Positions 37,425 to 48,308 are shown, counted from the stretch's first letter. The stretch is DNA of 64,000 nucleotides from Patescibacteria group bacterium (GCA_023380305.1 JAMCQZ010000008.1:122659-186658), one strand, 5' to 3'. The notes: generated from the letters alone by a model not told the origin. Numbers and translations: made by a program.

Positions 37425-39875
37425 ATGAAAAAAGATAACGTCTATAGAGACATTTTTATTTCGGTCGTCGCTCTCGGAATTTTCGCCGCGCTCGCCGGCC
37501 TCTTGGTCTTCTACCGCTTGAGCAAGACTCTTCCGCCAGTCGCTCAGCTCGATGGCGACATCAAGACCGAGTCAACCAAAATCTACGACCGCACCGGGCA
37601 GGTGATGCTCTACGAAATCTACGGTGAGGAGCGCCGCACTATTCTCTCGGCAGATCAAATCCCTGATGTTATGAGGCGAGCGGTGATCGCCGTCGAAGAT
37701 AAGGAATTCTACGGCCATCCGGCCTTCGATATCGCGGCCATGACTAGGGCCCTTATCGCCGACATTTTGAAACAAAGCGCTTCCCAGGGCGGCTCAACCA
37801 TCACTCAGCAGCTCGCCCGGAACGCCTTTTTAACGACCGAACGCTCGATAACGAGAAAGCTCAAGGAGATCATCCTCGCCTATCGCATCGAAAAACTTTA
37901 TTCCAAGGACGAAATCCTGAATCTCTATTTAAACCAGATTCCCTTCGGCCAGAACAGCTACGGCATTGAGGCTGCGAGCCAGACCTATTTCGCCAAACAC
38001 GCCTCCGATCTTAGTCTGTCCGAAGCGGCCCTGCTCGCGGCCGTGGCCAAAGGGCCAAGTTACTTTTCTCCCTGGGGGTCCCACCTCATCGAGCTCGAAG
38101 GCCGCAGGCAATACGTGCTCGAACAGATGGAAAAAGTCGGGTTCATCGACAAGCAGCAGTTGGAAGCCGCGAGAGCGGACAAGCCACGAGTCCTTGCCGA
38201 ACCCCAAAGGGCCAACTTTCATATCGCGCCCCACTTCGTCATTTACGTCCAGGATTATTTAAACCAGAAATACGGGGAGGACTTCGTGAGGAGATCGGGA
38301 ATGAAGGTGATCACCACCTTGGATGTCGACCTCCAGAAACTAGCGAATGAGAAAGTGGCCTCCGGCGGAAAAAGGAATATTGAGATGATCAACGGCCACA
38401 ACGTCGCCCTACTTGCCGAAGACGCGACCAACGGCCAGATACTCGCCATGGTCGGGTCAAGGGATTATTTCGCCGATTCCGAACCAGCCGGTTGCGTTGA
38501 AGGGGAAAACTGCCTCTTCGAGGGAAAATTCAACGTCGCCACTCAGGGATTGAGACAGCCCGGATCCGCTCTAAAACCCTTTGTCTATTCGTTAGCATTC
38601 AAATCAGGCCTGACTCCCGACACCGTCGTTTTCGATGTCCCGACGGAGTTCCGCGCCAACAGCTCTGATTGCCCGGCTGTCCCGAACCTCATCGATGAAA
38701 ACAAAGAATGCTATCATCCGAAAAATTACGACGGTCTTTTCAGGGGGCCGATCATGTTGAAAGACGCCCTGGCGCGGTCTTTAAACATTCCGGCGGTTAA
38801 AGTGCTCCATGTCGTTGGGCTCCAAAATGCCATCAACTGGCTGGAAAGATTCGGCATCACTACCTTGAATGATCCCGACCGCATCGGGCTTTCTCTCACC
38901 CTGGGAGGAGGGGAAATCAGACTGACCGAACTCACGAATGCCTACGCTACCCTGGCAAACGACGGTGTTTTCAATCCTCAAACCGCGATCTTGAGCATCG
39001 CCGATTCCAAGGGGAACGTTTTGGAACAATTCGAACCGAAACCAGAAAGAGCCGTCGACGCCCAATATGCGAGGCTCGTAAACGACATCCTCTCCGATCC
39101 AAAGCTCAGGGAGCCGCTCTTCGGATCAAACCTTTACCTAACCCAGGTCCCGGGCAAACAGATCGCCCTTAAGACAGGAACCGCCGACAACTACGTCGAC
39201 GCTTGGGCCTTCGGCTATTCGCCGCGGCTCGTGGTCGGTCTCTGGGCCGGCAACAACAACCGCCACCCCTTGGGAAAAGCCGGATCAAGTATTCTGGCCG
39301 CAATTCCAACCTGGCACGACTTCGCTATCGAAGCCTTTAAAAACGAACCCGGCCTTACCTTTATCAAGCCAGATCCCATCTATTCCGATTCGCCGATACT
39401 TTTGGGAGCGATCGACCGAAGCAACGTTCACGACCTCCTTTATTTCTTAAACCGGATTTCCGATCCGCAATACCAGAATTGGGAAGAAGACGTCAGAGCC
39501 TGGGTGACCCAAAACGGCATGCCTCTTTATTGGGGCCAGGCCACTTATACCTTTAAAAGCGACGGCCGAGTGGAATTAAACGGTGAAAAAAATATCACCA
39601 TAAGCCTGTCTTTCCCGAAAAACGGCGACTTTATTAATTCCTCGTCCGAATTGAAAGCGTCTGTCTCGGCCGAATCCGGCGTAAAAAGCATCGAACTCCT
39701 ATTAAACAGTCAGCCGATAGACGTTTTCCAGGCCGGTTCAAAAAACATCGTCGATTATCGCTTTGTTTTCGGGACGACTCCATTAAACCCCCAGAATTCG
39801 TTAACCTTACGGGCGACAAATGCTTTAGGGAACTCCACCGAACAAACAATAATCGTCTTTAAGGAGACCGATTAA
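37425..39875 (+). CDS. Class A penicillin-binding protein
   Basis: EDKEFY.H, GGSTITQQL, RKLKE, SALK, SLN and KTG motifs; C-terminal Ig-like region. Confidence 0.95.
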   Translation: MKKDNVYRDIFISVVALGIFAALAGLLVFYRLSKTLPPVAQLDGDIKTESTKIYDRTGQVMLYEIYGEERRTILSADQIPDVMRRAVIAVEDKEFYGHPAFDIAAMTRALIADILKQSASQGGSTITQQLARNAFLTTERSITRKLKEIILAYRIEKLYSKDEILNLYLNQIPFGQNSYGIEAASQTYFAKHASDLSLSEAALLAAVAKGPSYFSPWGSHLIELEGRRQYVLEQMEKVGFIDKQQLEAARADKPRVLAEPQRANFHIAPHFVIYVQDYLNQKYGEDFVRRSGMKVITTLDVDLQKLANEKVASGGKRNIEMINGHNVALLAEDATNGQILAMVGSRDYFADSEPAGCVEGENCLFEGKFNVATQGLRQPGSALKPFVYSLAFKSGLTPDTVVFDVPTEFRANSSDCPAVPNLIDENKECYHPKNYDGLFRGPIMLKDALARSLNIPAVKVLHVVGLQNAINWLERFGITTLNDPDRIGLSLTLGGGEIRLTELTNAYATLANDGVFNPQTAILSIADSKGNVLEQFEPKPERAVDAQYARLVNDILSDPKLREPLFGSNLYLTQVPGKQIALKTGTADNYVDAWAFGYSPRLVVGLWAGNNNRHPLGKAGSSILAAIPTWHDFAIEAFKNEPGLTFIKPDPIYSDSPILLGAIDRSNVHDLLYFLNRISDPQYQNWEEDVRAWVTQNGMPLYWGQATYTFKSDGRVELNGEKNITISLSFPKNGDFINSSSELKASVSAESGVKSIELLLNSQPIDVFQAGSKNIVDYRFVFGTTPLNPQNSLTLRATNALGNSTEQTIIVFKETD

Positions 39876-40981
39876 TCTTTGATCGGCATTAAAATATAGA
39901 AATAAGAAGTGTCGTTCGGCGCTTTGATGATCGCTGGCCGGCTGTCTCCCTGGAGGCCGAATAAAACCGTATCCGTGTAAATGTTTTTCAATCCGTCCAG
40001 GAGATATTTCCAATTAAACGAAGCTTTGACTGGGTCGCCGTTTATTTTCGCGGAAATCAAATATTTGTTTTCCCCGAGTCCGCTGTCGGCCGAATAGACC
40101 TCGACGATCTTTTTGTCGTCTCCCACTTTAACGATCACTTCGCCACTTCTCGCGGTAAACGACCCGGCTAATTTCATAGCGTTCACCAACTCCTGTTTAT
40201 CGATGACTATTTCGGTTTCGAGAATCTTCGGAATGATCGGCCCGTAATCCGGAAACTGCCCGTCGATCAGCCGGGTGATTATCTCCAGGCTTTCTGTCTT
40301 GAAAAGCGCCTGGGAGTCGTCGATAAAAATATGGACATCATCCTCGTCATCCAAAACCCTCACCAACTCCTGGATGGTTTTTAAGGGAATAATGGTTTTT
40401 TTAACCTTTAAGGAATTGCTTTTAAATTGCGTTTCCGGGATAGTTTTTTCTGCTAGCCTAAAACTGTCGGTCGCCACCAATTTGAAAACATTGGTTTCGA
40501 AATTAAAAAGAATGCCGCTTATTTCCGGACGCAAATCGGAAATTTGACAAGCGTTGATTATTTTATTGATTCCTTCCTTTAAGACCGCAGCGGGGATATT
40601 AAAACTTCCTGATTCCGGAGTGATTTTGGGGATAATCGGAAAATCCGAAGGATTCATCCCTTGGATAGTCGCTTCGTAATTATCCGTTTTAAGAAAAAGG
40701 TTGTTCTTTTTCGCTTCAAGGTCAATGCGCTCGCTTTGAAGATTGTTGATCAGACTATTTAAGAGATTAAAAGGGACCGTTACTTCTCCTTGCTCGGTGA
40801 TTTTTCCAGGAACGATTTTTGTGATAGCCGCTTCAAGATTAGTGGAAGCGATGGTGATTTTCGACTGATCCGCTCTAATAAAGATATTTTTTAAGATCGG
40901 CAGATTGAGATTATCTTCGATCGTTCTTGAGACGGCATCCAAGGCATTTTTTAGATTATTACGTAATACGATTATTTTCAT
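39872..40981 (-). CDS. dnaN: DNA polymerase III beta clamp
   Basis: LPIL, ATDSFRL, LIDGQFPDY and ILMPI motifs. Confidence 0.97.
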   Translation of the reverse strand: MKIIVLRNNLKNALDAVSRTIEDNLNLPILKNIFIRADQSKITIASTNLEAAITKIVPGKITEQGEVTVPFNLLNSLINNLQSERIDLEAKKNNLFLKTDNYEATIQGMNPSDFPIIPKITPESGSFNIPAAVLKEGINKIINACQISDLRPEISGILFNFETNVFKLVATDSFRLAEKTIPETQFKSNSLKVKKTIIPLKTIQELVRVLDDEDDVHIFIDDSQALFKTESLEIITRLIDGQFPDYGPIIPKILETEIVIDKQELVNAMKLAGSFTARSGEVIVKVGDDKKIVEVYSADSGLGENKYLISAKINGDPVKASFNWKYLLDGLKNIYTDTVLFGLQGDSRPAIIKAPNDTSYFYILMPIKD

Positions 40982-41130
40982 ATATAAATTTGTAGTAGTT
41001 ATCCGTGTGGATTGGTGGATAAGTTGTTTTTCGACGCTTTTTAAATAAGTTTTTTGATATTTATTTTTGTGGATAAAAAGTTTTTATCTGCGTTCGTCTG
41101 TTTTTATCCATAATTTATTCCCGGAATAAT
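40982..41130. promoter_or_regulatory. Probable oriC (dnaA-dnaN intergenic)
   Basis: AT-rich; perfect DnaA box TGTGGATAA at 41068-41076 plus near-matches (GGTGGATAA, TGTGGATTG, TTATCCATA). Confidence 0.8.
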
Positions 41131-42489
41131 TCACAGGTTTTGGGGTTTATTGATTAAATCCTTGATTAGAGAAATTTTTTGATTCAACCCTTGGTCTTTG
41201 GAAAGAGAAAGGTTGATTTTTTCATAGGCGTAGATGGCTGTCGTGTGATCGCGCTTCCCCATTTTTTCGGCAATATAGGGATAAGACATATTGAGAAGTT
41301 CCCGCAGAAGATAAATAGCCACTTGTCTCGGCTCGACGATCTCTTTTTTCCGGCCCCGACCGATCAGGTCGGTTGGGGAGATTTCGTAGAAGGTGGAGAC
41401 GGCTTTAAGCACGTGTGTTGGGCTAATATTGACCGCAGACTGGGTTAAAATATCATTGATGATATTTTCCACTTGTTCGATAGAAAAACCCTCCTGGTGC
41501 TGATTTCTGTAGAAAATAAGCTTGTTTAAAATACCTTCGAGCTCCCGGATATTCCTTTGGATTTTTTTGGCGACGATGCTGATAACGGCGTCGTCGAAAG
41601 CCTCGCTTTTCTCTTGAAGCTTCACTTTAATAATGGCCATCCTTGTTTCGTAGTCCGGGAAGCTGATATCGGCGATCATTCCACCTTCAAACCTCGAACG
41701 AAGCCTTTCTTCGAGTATCGGAATGGCGCGCGGAGGCCGATCCGAAGAAATGATGATCTGTTTATTGGCCTCGTAAAGGGCGTTGAAGGTGTGGAAGAAT
41801 TCTTCTTCAGTTTTCTCCTTTCCGCCGATGAACTGGATATCGTCAATTATTAAGACGTCGACGTTCCGATAGGCTTCTTTGATATCCTCGACGCGTTTGT
41901 TTCTTATCGCCCAGATAACGTCGTTCGTGAACTTTTCCGAGGAGACATATTTGACGTTGACGTTTTTATAGTTGTTTTTTATTTCGTTTCCGATAGCTTG
42001 GATCAAGTGGGTTTTACCGAGGCCGGTGCCGCCGTAAACAAAGAGAGGATTGTATTTTTTGCCGATCTCTTCGATGACAGCGAGCGAAGCGGCGTAAGCC
42101 AGTTCGTTCGAGGAACCGACGACAAACGATTTCAAATTGTATCTTGGATTGAGTCCGGTCTCGGGATCGATCTTAAGTTCGGAGAAAACCAATTGCTTGC
42201 TTTGAGGAGCGGCCGGAGCCTGTTCGGCGGGCTTCTTGAAAACTACGCTATCGACGGCATAACTAATATTTCTGATCGATCCGTCCTTGCTTCTTAAGAC
42301 GCCGAGGATTAATTTATGGTATTTTGTTTCCACCCATTCTTTGGCGAAGTGGTTTGGGAGGATAACAGTCGCCTTTCCGTTTTCGTAATCGTTCATGCGG
42401 CTGTTTTTTAACCAAGTAAGGAAGTTGGGCTTTGAAATTTGTATTTCCAGTTCTGACAAAACGTTTTTCCAAAGCTCTTCCTTATTCAT
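41131..42489 (-). CDS. dnaA: Replication initiator DnaA
   Basis: YNPLFVYGGTGLGKTHL, IDDIQF, RLRSRF and RDHTT motifs. Confidence 0.98.
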   Translation of the reverse strand: MNKEELWKNVLSELEIQISKPNFLTWLKNSRMNDYENGKATVILPNHFAKEWVETKYHKLILGVLRSKDGSIRNISYAVDSVVFKKPAEQAPAAPQSKQLVFSELKIDPETGLNPRYNLKSFVVGSSNELAYAASLAVIEEIGKKYNPLFVYGGTGLGKTHLIQAIGNEIKNNYKNVNVKYVSSEKFTNDVIWAIRNKRVEDIKEAYRNVDVLIIDDIQFIGGKEKTEEEFFHTFNALYEANKQIIISSDRPPRAIPILEERLRSRFEGGMIADISFPDYETRMAIIKVKLQEKSEAFDDAVISIVAKKIQRNIRELEGILNKLIFYRNQHQEGFSIEQVENIINDILTQSAVNISPTHVLKAVSTFYEISPTDLIGRGRKKEIVEPRQVAIYLLRELLNMSYPYIAEKMGKRDHTTAIYAYEKINLSLSKDQGLNQKISLIKDLINKPQNL

Positions 42490-42556
42490 GGCTTAATTTT
42501 AGGTAAGCGGAGCTTGATAGTCAAAAGAAGCAAAAAAACATAAACTGTTGACTACC

Positions 42557-42565
42557 TGTGGATAA
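42557..42565. promoter_or_regulatory. DnaA box between dnaA and rpmH
   Basis: Perfect TGTGGATAA. Confidence 0.7.
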
Positions 42566-42583
42566 TTCGATTATTTTTAATAT

Positions 42584-42718
42584 ATGTCATTAACTTATCA
42601 GCCGAGAAAGAAAAAGAGAAGCCGAACGCACGGCTTTCTTAAGCGTCAGAGCACCCCAGGCGGCAGACGGACGGTTGCGAGGCGTCGCGCCAAAGGAAGG
42701 AAGAGGCTGACGGTTTAA
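42584..42718 (+). CDS. rpmH: 50S ribosomal protein L34
   Basis: Not in ORF track: [44 protein letters not shown]; canonical synteny. Confidence 0.96.
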   Translation: MSLTYQPRKKKRSRTHGFLKRQSTPGGRRTVARRRAKGRKRLTV

Positions 42719-43050
42719 TGCTTTCCAAAAGACATCGCTTTAACGTCCTGTCAAACAGGGGTTTTTTGGCTTTCTACCGAGGCGGACAGATCTTGATTAA
42801 AGTCAGGCTAAACCATTTGACATTTTCGAGATTTGGTGTCTTTCTGACGAAGAAAAACATTCCCTTATCCAGTCAAAGAATCGCCTTTAAAAGATTGGTG
42901 TTTGATTTTCTTGACAAAAGCGGGGTTTTATCGTCTTCTCCCTCGGCCGAACCCAGGGATTTTCTGATAATTAACCTCGCCAAAATAAACAAAATAGGGG
43001 ATAATAAACCGATTATTATTAAAGAACTCAAAGAAGCTTTTCATGTTTAA
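42718..43050 (+). CDS. rnpA: RNase P protein component (divergent)
   Basis: MLSKRHR, SRFG, degenerate RNR-like R..FKR; lies between rpmH and yidC. Confidence 0.75.
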   Translation: MLSKRHRFNVLSNRGFLAFYRGGQILIKVRLNHLTFSRFGVFLTKKNIPLSSQRIAFKRLVFDFLDKSGVLSSSPSAEPRDFLIINLAKINKIGDNKPIIIKELKEAFHV

Positions 43051-43765
43051 CTTATTGCTTTACAGACCGTTTTTAAATCTTCTCGTTTGGATCTCCGAGC
43101 ATTTGGTCGCGGGCGATTTTGGTCTGGCTATCGTGATTTTGACCGTCGTCGTGAGGTTCTTGCTCTTCCCGTTCTTCCATAAGTTTCTAAAAGGACAGCA
43201 GGCGATGATAAAGGTCCAGGCCGAGCAGAAGAAGATCGAAGCGCAGTATCCCGGGAATAAAGAAAAACAGCTTCAAGCCATCATGGAGCTCTATAAGGCG
43301 AATAAAATCAACCCTTTTGCCAGCCTCCTCCTCACTTTCGTCCAAATACCGGTTATCTATGCCCTTTATAAAGTGATTATCACCGGCTTGAATGGCGGAG
43401 CCATTGGGAATCTTTACCCTTTTATTAAGCCGACGACGACGGTCAATTATTTGTTTCTAGGCTTGATAAATCTCAAAGAAAGCAATACGATAATGCTTGG
43501 TTTGGCGCTCGGAGTCCAGCTAATCCAGGGCGTAATGGCTGCCCCCGGAGGCTTGTTCGGAAAGACAACCCCGGAGCTTAAAAAAAGCCGGCAGACGGCG
43601 ATCAACACGAGTTTGATGATGACCGGACTTCTTGCTTTGTTTTTCTGGAAACTGCCGGCGGCCATCGGGCTTTACTGGCTGGCATCGACCTTGTTTTCAA
43701 TCGGCCAGCAGTTAATCGTCAATAAAATAAGCGCGCAAAATGGAGAATTTAAAGGAAATAACTAA
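43043..43765 (+). CDS. yidC: YidC/Oxa1 membrane insertase
   Basis: GLAIVILT..VR..LFP, NPFAS, QIP and LYW motifs. Confidence 0.93.
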   Translation: MFNLLLYRPFLNLLVWISEHLVAGDFGLAIVILTVVVRFLLFPFFHKFLKGQQAMIKVQAEQKKIEAQYPGNKEKQLQAIMELYKANKINPFASLLLTFVQIPVIYALYKVIITGLNGGAIGNLYPFIKPTTTVNYLFLGLINLKESNTIMLGLALGVQLIQGVMAAPGGLFGKTTPELKKSRQTAINTSLMMTGLLALFFWKLPAAIGLYWLASTLFSIGQQLIVNKISAQNGEFKGNN

Positions 43766-44171
43766 AAAATTGGTCGGAATGATCGGTTTTAGGGACGCAA
43801 ACGTCGATTTTGACGAGATGAACAGGCGCGTTCTCATCTTTATTAACGACGAGTTTGCCGGACCCGCCAACGTTCCAGAGCTTATCAACCATTTCAGTCG
43901 GGTCTTTAAGCTGGTAGCTAAGAAGTTCGACGAAGGCCCAATTACCGTTGACATCAACAACTATCGAAAAGAGAGGGAAAAACTTATTATCGAATTGGCG
44001 AGGGCTGGAGCGAGGAAGGCGAGCACCACCAAGAAAGAGGTGGCTCTGCCGCCGATGAACGCTTATGAAAGAAGGCTGGTTCACTCAGAGCTTTCTTTGA
44101 GACCGGATATCAAGACAGAGAGCGTCGGCGAAGGATCCGGCAGGCAGGTGATCATCAAGGTGTTGGAATAA
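43740..44171 (+). CDS. Jag/KhpB-like R3H protein
   Basis: VDINNYR, LPPMNAYERRLVH and TESVGEG..R motifs. Confidence 0.88.
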   Translation: MENLKEITKKLVGMIGFRDANVDFDEMNRRVLIFINDEFAGPANVPELINHFSRVFKLVAKKFDEGPITVDINNYRKEREKLIIELARAGARKASTTKKEVALPPMNAYERRLVHSELSLRPDIKTESVGEGSGRQVIIKVLE

Positions 44172-44187
44172 GAAATTTGACGGGAAC

Positions 44188-44216
44188 AAAAAAAACGGCC
44201 GAAAGGCCGTTTTTTT
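44188..44216. terminator. Bidirectional intrinsic terminator
   Basis: A-tract, CGGCC-GAAA-GGCCG, T-tract, between convergent genes. Confidence 0.85.
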
Positions 44217-45006
44217 AACCGGCGGGGTTAAAAGGATTGGCGAGGGGGTTGACCCTCGTGCCGTTTAGGGCGATCTCGAAATGCACGTGCGGGCCGGTTG
44301 AACGACCGGTGCTTCCGGCCAAGGCGATTTCTTCGCCTTTGGTAACCGTGTCTCCGACTCTCACAAGCAGCTCGGAACAGTGGCCATAGAGCGTGGTATA
44401 GCCATTCGCGTGTTGAATTTGAATATAATTGCCGTATCCGTCCGGATCAAAGCTGGCGACAATGACTTTGCCCGTCTCCGCTGCATAGACCGGAGCCCCC
44501 ATATTAACCGCGATATCAATCCCGTGATGTACGGAGGCGCCTCGCGGACCGAAAGGAGACGAGATCCAGCCGCTTGAAAGGGTCGGCCAGCTGAAACCGT
44601 TGATCAGTTGTTGGCTTAATCCCCCGACGTTGCTCGGGCCCGAAGACCTGCCTTCGGCAGGAAGATTTATTTTCTGGAGCGGAGGAAGATTGATTTTAAA
44701 CTCCAAAAGAGAAGGATTAATGACGGAAATGATGATGTAGCTCGTGGCGAGGATCCCCAGGCCCCAGGCTGCCTCGGTGATCATCTCTTTGGAACGTTTT
44801 TGTTTGGCCACGTCGTTTGCATGGACCGTGTATTGAAATCCGGCCCAGAGAATAATGAGGAAGGCGATGAATCCACCAAGTTCCCAAGCAAAGACGAACA
44901 GATTTTCGAGCCCTCCGGGGATGAGGCTGTTTAGCGCTTCGAGAATGCCGCTCGAAGACGTTGTCCCGTTGCTCGCCAAGGCGACACCCGTGAAAAAATT
45001 GGACAT
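44215..45006 (-). CDS. VirB2-like pilin domain fused to an M23 peptidase
   Basis: ILWAGFQY...A.WGL.IL..SYII..INP, then HHGIDIA, GYGN, YGH and STGPHVHFE. Confidence 0.88.
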   Translation of the reverse strand: MSNFFTGVALASNGTTSSSGILEALNSLIPGGLENLFVFAWELGGFIAFLIILWAGFQYTVHANDVAKQKRSKEMITEAAWGLGILATSYIIISVINPSLLEFKINLPPLQKINLPAEGRSSGPSNVGGLSQQLINGFSWPTLSSGWISSPFGPRGASVHHGIDIAVNMGAPVYAAETGKVIVASFDPDGYGNYIQIQHANGYTTLYGHCSELLVRVGDTVTKGEEIALAGSTGRSTGPHVHFEIALNGTRVNPLANPFNPAG

Positions 45007-45049
45007 ATTATTTCAATTATACTCGAAAACCTGGGAAAGACGACAGCTT

Positions 45050-45415
45050 TTAAAACGGAGTTTTCCTGGCCGTTCCGGCAACCTTGACGATCGTTTGCGC
45101 TTCCGGCCGGCTGATAAGGAAAAAAGTAACGAGCAGAGTGATGGTCTTGATGGGTAAAATATTCAAAATTGGGAAGAGCTCGAAAACGCCGCCGGCGAGA
45201 GACCAAACGCCTTTGATGCCTTTGACAAGCAAATAGCCGTTGATGACAATGCCGGCGATAAGGGCGACGAAAGAATTTAGAAACAGGAAGATGAGCCCGA
45301 CCACCGGCACCAAGCCGAAAAGTCCGTTCAAGAGTTCGAAAAGATCGGCTCCGATCGCCACCAAAAAAAGAATGATCCCCTCGGGCAGCGATATTTTGGG
45401 AGACGCTTTATCCAT
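45050..45415 (-). CDS. Small membrane protein of the T4SS-like cluster
   Basis: Hydrophobic; E.FP.LNILP..T motif; abuts the VirB4-like gene. Confidence 0.75.
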   Translation of the reverse strand: MDKASPKISLPEGIILFLVAIGADLFELLNGLFGLVPVVGLIFLFLNSFVALIAGIVINGYLLVKGIKGVWSLAGGVFELFPILNILPIKTITLLVTFFLISRPEAQTIVKVAGTARKTPF

Positions 45416-47760
45416 TAGACGTTTTCCTGCTCCTCGAGACCTTCTTCTCCGGCGAGCGCCGCCTCGGCCTGTTCGGCTTCGACGATCTCTTCCGGATTGG
45501 TAGTGATGATCTGGTGCTCGAAGGGAGAGGCGACGACTTCGATTGCCGCATGGGTCAGCCCCGCGAGAAACAGGCCCTGGCCGATGTCTACCTCAAGAAG
45601 ATAATTCTTTTCCGATTCGGAAAGTCCGAAGGCCTTGCCCGTTGATTCGATGGACGAAGGGGACTGTTTCAAAAGCAGTTGGAGGGATGAGTTGGTGATG
45701 ATCGGCCGGCCGTAGGGAGAGCTTAAAAAGTCCTCCACGTCCTGGGTGATGGTCGAGATGCCGAGATAGTATTTTCTCGCTCTTTTGACGAGGCCGAAAA
45801 GGAATGAGGCCGAATCCGGATATTTCATCATCCACCAGGCCTCATCGATGATCATCAGCCTTTTTTTGAGGTCGGCTCTCACTAGGTTCCAGACGAAATT
45901 CAAAATGATGAACATGGCGATCGGACGGAGTTCGTCTTCGAGGTCGCGGATGGAAAAAACAATGAGCCGGTTATTGGTGTCGATATTCGAAGCCTGGTTC
46001 AAGAACCCGGCATAGCTTCCTTTGGTGAAACGATAGAGCCGGTCGGCCAGGGCACGGCCGCCTTCGATATTTCGGAGGATTTCCTCCAGGTCTTCGAGGA
46101 GCGGCGGCGTGGCGCCGGAGAAGTCCTTGTTCGGCGTGATGTCTTTCGAGGCGTAGGCTTCGGTGATGGCCTGATCAATAACGGCTTCTTCCTCCGGCTT
46201 GATCTCTCCGAACATCAGCTTTAAAAGGCTTGTCAGGTTGACGATGTGTGATTTCAGGACTTCTGGCGGACTCTCGTCTTCCGGAATTTGCGGAACGTCA
46301 AAAGGGTTGATGTGGTTCGGCGAATCGAGCGAAATCTTGATAAAGGATCCGCCCGCGGAATTCGCCAGGTTTTCATATTCGTTTTCCGGATCGATGATGA
46401 TCACCTCGTCGCCGATCATGAGAGATCGGAGCACTTCGAGCTTGGTGGCATAGGATTTTCCGGATCCGGCTTTGGCGAAGACGACGGTGTTGGCGTTTTC
46501 CAAAGAAAACCGGTCGAAGATGATGGGAGTGTTGTTGTGCCGGTTGATGCCGTAGAGTATGCCCTCGTCCGAGGACAGGGTGGCGGAGACGAACGGAAAG
46601 AAAGAAGAAAGCGTGTTGGTGTTGAAGGGATTCGCGATTTCCAGACGGTCCTCGGCGATCGGTAGGGTGGAGTAGAAGCCCTGGAGGTTTTCAAAAAGCA
46701 AAGGCTTGGCGTAGATGAGCTTGGCCTCGAGTCCGCTCGAAATGCGGTCGATGATGCGGTTGAGATCCGAAGAGTCTTTGCCGAAAATGGTCAGATAAAC
46801 GCTTACCGAAAAAAGTTTTTCCTGAGATTGCTGAAGGTTGTCTCGCAAGGCCTCGATATCCTGCAGGGCGGTCTCGAGCATCGGATCCCGGACCAGGCCT
46901 TTCTCTTCGATTTCCATAAGTTGGACCTGGACCTGGGCTGATCGGTTGCGGAGCTGTCTCAAGACGTCTCCTGTCTCGGTGGGCGAAATATGGATGGAAA
47001 TGTCGGCGAGCTCGGCGAGATTGATGAGGCCAGAAAGCCAGCCGCTCGAGAGATACCGCGGATAACCGGAAAGAAAAAGAGATTTGGCTGTCAGCTCGTC
47101 CACCTTTAGGGAGTCCGGAGCGATCTCGAATCGCCGTGGCCCGATGAATTTCTGGGCCTCGGCCGGATTCAGTTTTTCTCCCGGGTTGAAGGCGCTGTAA
47201 AAAAGCTCTCGGAGCTCCGCTTCTTCGAGGACAATGCCGCGGAGCCCGATGCGGTGGAGGCTGTTTATGATCTGGCTGGCCTTGAGATCAAGTTTTTCTT
47301 TGGCTTCGCGGACGGCCGTCGGCTCTGTCTCGGCTGGAGGCTGTTGCCGGCCGATGGTCGGCAGGCTGATGATCTCGTGGGGGATGGTGATGAAAAAACC
47401 TTTTTTCATCACGGCGTTTTCGGCGACGAAATTTTCGATGAACTCCCGATAGATGGCGATTTGGGAACGCATCATCTCGTTCTGCTCCTGGTTTTCTTTT
47501 TCTTTCAGCCGGTTCAAATAGTCGTCGATAAAAAACTTTCTCGAAGAGACGCTGATTTCGATCGGATAGTCGAGGGAGTTTAGGAGATCGGCGAAGGCCG
47601 AAAGGATCATCTGCTGTTCTTCCTCGGATTTAAGATCGAAGTTGACGCCGTTCACCATGATGACCTTGCGGAGTCCGCCGTCTTTCAAAAAAACGGAATC
47701 GCCTTCGATTTTTTTGACCGGCAGGATGTTCTCCGAGGAGATGTTTTGTTTCTGAGCCAT
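45415..47760 (-). CDS. VirB4/TraC-like ATPase
   Basis: YGIN, FDRF, AKAGSGKS, IIDPENEY, IDEAW, RKY and TQD motifs. Confidence 0.92.
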   Translation of the reverse strand: MAQKQNISSENILPVKKIEGDSVFLKDGGLRKVIMVNGVNFDLKSEEEQQMILSAFADLLNSLDYPIEISVSSRKFFIDDYLNRLKEKENQEQNEMMRSQIAIYREFIENFVAENAVMKKGFFITIPHEIISLPTIGRQQPPAETEPTAVREAKEKLDLKASQIINSLHRIGLRGIVLEEAELRELFYSAFNPGEKLNPAEAQKFIGPRRFEIAPDSLKVDELTAKSLFLSGYPRYLSSGWLSGLINLAELADISIHISPTETGDVLRQLRNRSAQVQVQLMEIEEKGLVRDPMLETALQDIEALRDNLQQSQEKLFSVSVYLTIFGKDSSDLNRIIDRISSGLEAKLIYAKPLLFENLQGFYSTLPIAEDRLEIANPFNTNTLSSFFPFVSATLSSDEGILYGINRHNNTPIIFDRFSLENANTVVFAKAGSGKSYATKLEVLRSLMIGDEVIIIDPENEYENLANSAGGSFIKISLDSPNHINPFDVPQIPEDESPPEVLKSHIVNLTSLLKLMFGEIKPEEEAVIDQAITEAYASKDITPNKDFSGATPPLLEDLEEILRNIEGGRALADRLYRFTKGSYAGFLNQASNIDTNNRLIVFSIRDLEDELRPIAMFIILNFVWNLVRADLKKRLMIIDEAWWMMKYPDSASFLFGLVKRARKYYLGISTITQDVEDFLSSPYGRPIITNSSLQLLLKQSPSSIESTGKAFGLSESEKNYLLEVDIGQGLFLAGLTHAAIEVVASPFEHQIITTNPEEIVEAEQAEAALAGEEGLEEQENV

Positions 47761-47763
47761 GGG

Positions 47764-48264
47764 TTAGCGGTAATCTATGCGGCGGACAGCTTCTTTTTCG
47801 CCGGTTATTTTTTGGATAATGGCGTATTTCTGGCGCCACTCGTTTTGGTTTCTGATAAAATCGGCTTCGAAAGCCATTTCCCGTTTCGGCACCGGAGCGA
47901 CGCTCGTGGTGATGCGCTCAAAAAGGCTGGTGAGGGAAGGCTTCGCCGTTACTCCGGCGGGGGCGACGGCCACCAGTTTTTCTTCGGCGTAAGCCGGCCA
48001 GACGTAAAGTTTTGACCGCGTAAGATAATAAAAAGAGGCTCTGACCACTATCGGGAGAGGCCGGGTGTTTATTTTAACAAAAGCCAGGCCGGCGCCGGCT
48101 CCCATAAGGCCGGCGGCGACGATGATCCAAACCCAATGCGCCAGAGGAAAATACAGGGCGTAGGCGATGGCCGCCGGAATGGCGAGGTAGATGAACTGGG
48201 TGAGCGTTAAAGAACCGATGATGCGGTTCTCGGTGCTGATAAACTGCGGAACTAAAAATTGCAT
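47764..48264 (-). CDS. PrgI-family (VirB3-like) protein
   Basis: MQFLVPQFI..E.RIIG.LT..QF, two TM segments, upstream of VirB4-like gene. Confidence 0.85.
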   Translation of the reverse strand: MQFLVPQFISTENRIIGSLTLTQFIYLAIPAAIAYALYFPLAHWVWIIVAAGLMGAGAGLAFVKINTRPLPIVVRASFYYLTRSKLYVWPAYAEEKLVAVAPAGVTAKPSLTSLFERITTSVAPVPKREMAFEADFIRNQNEWRQKYAIIQKITGEKEAVRRIDYR

Positions 48265-48308
48265 CGCTTTGTTAAAGTCTTTCCGAACAGAAAAAGACTC
48301 TATTAATT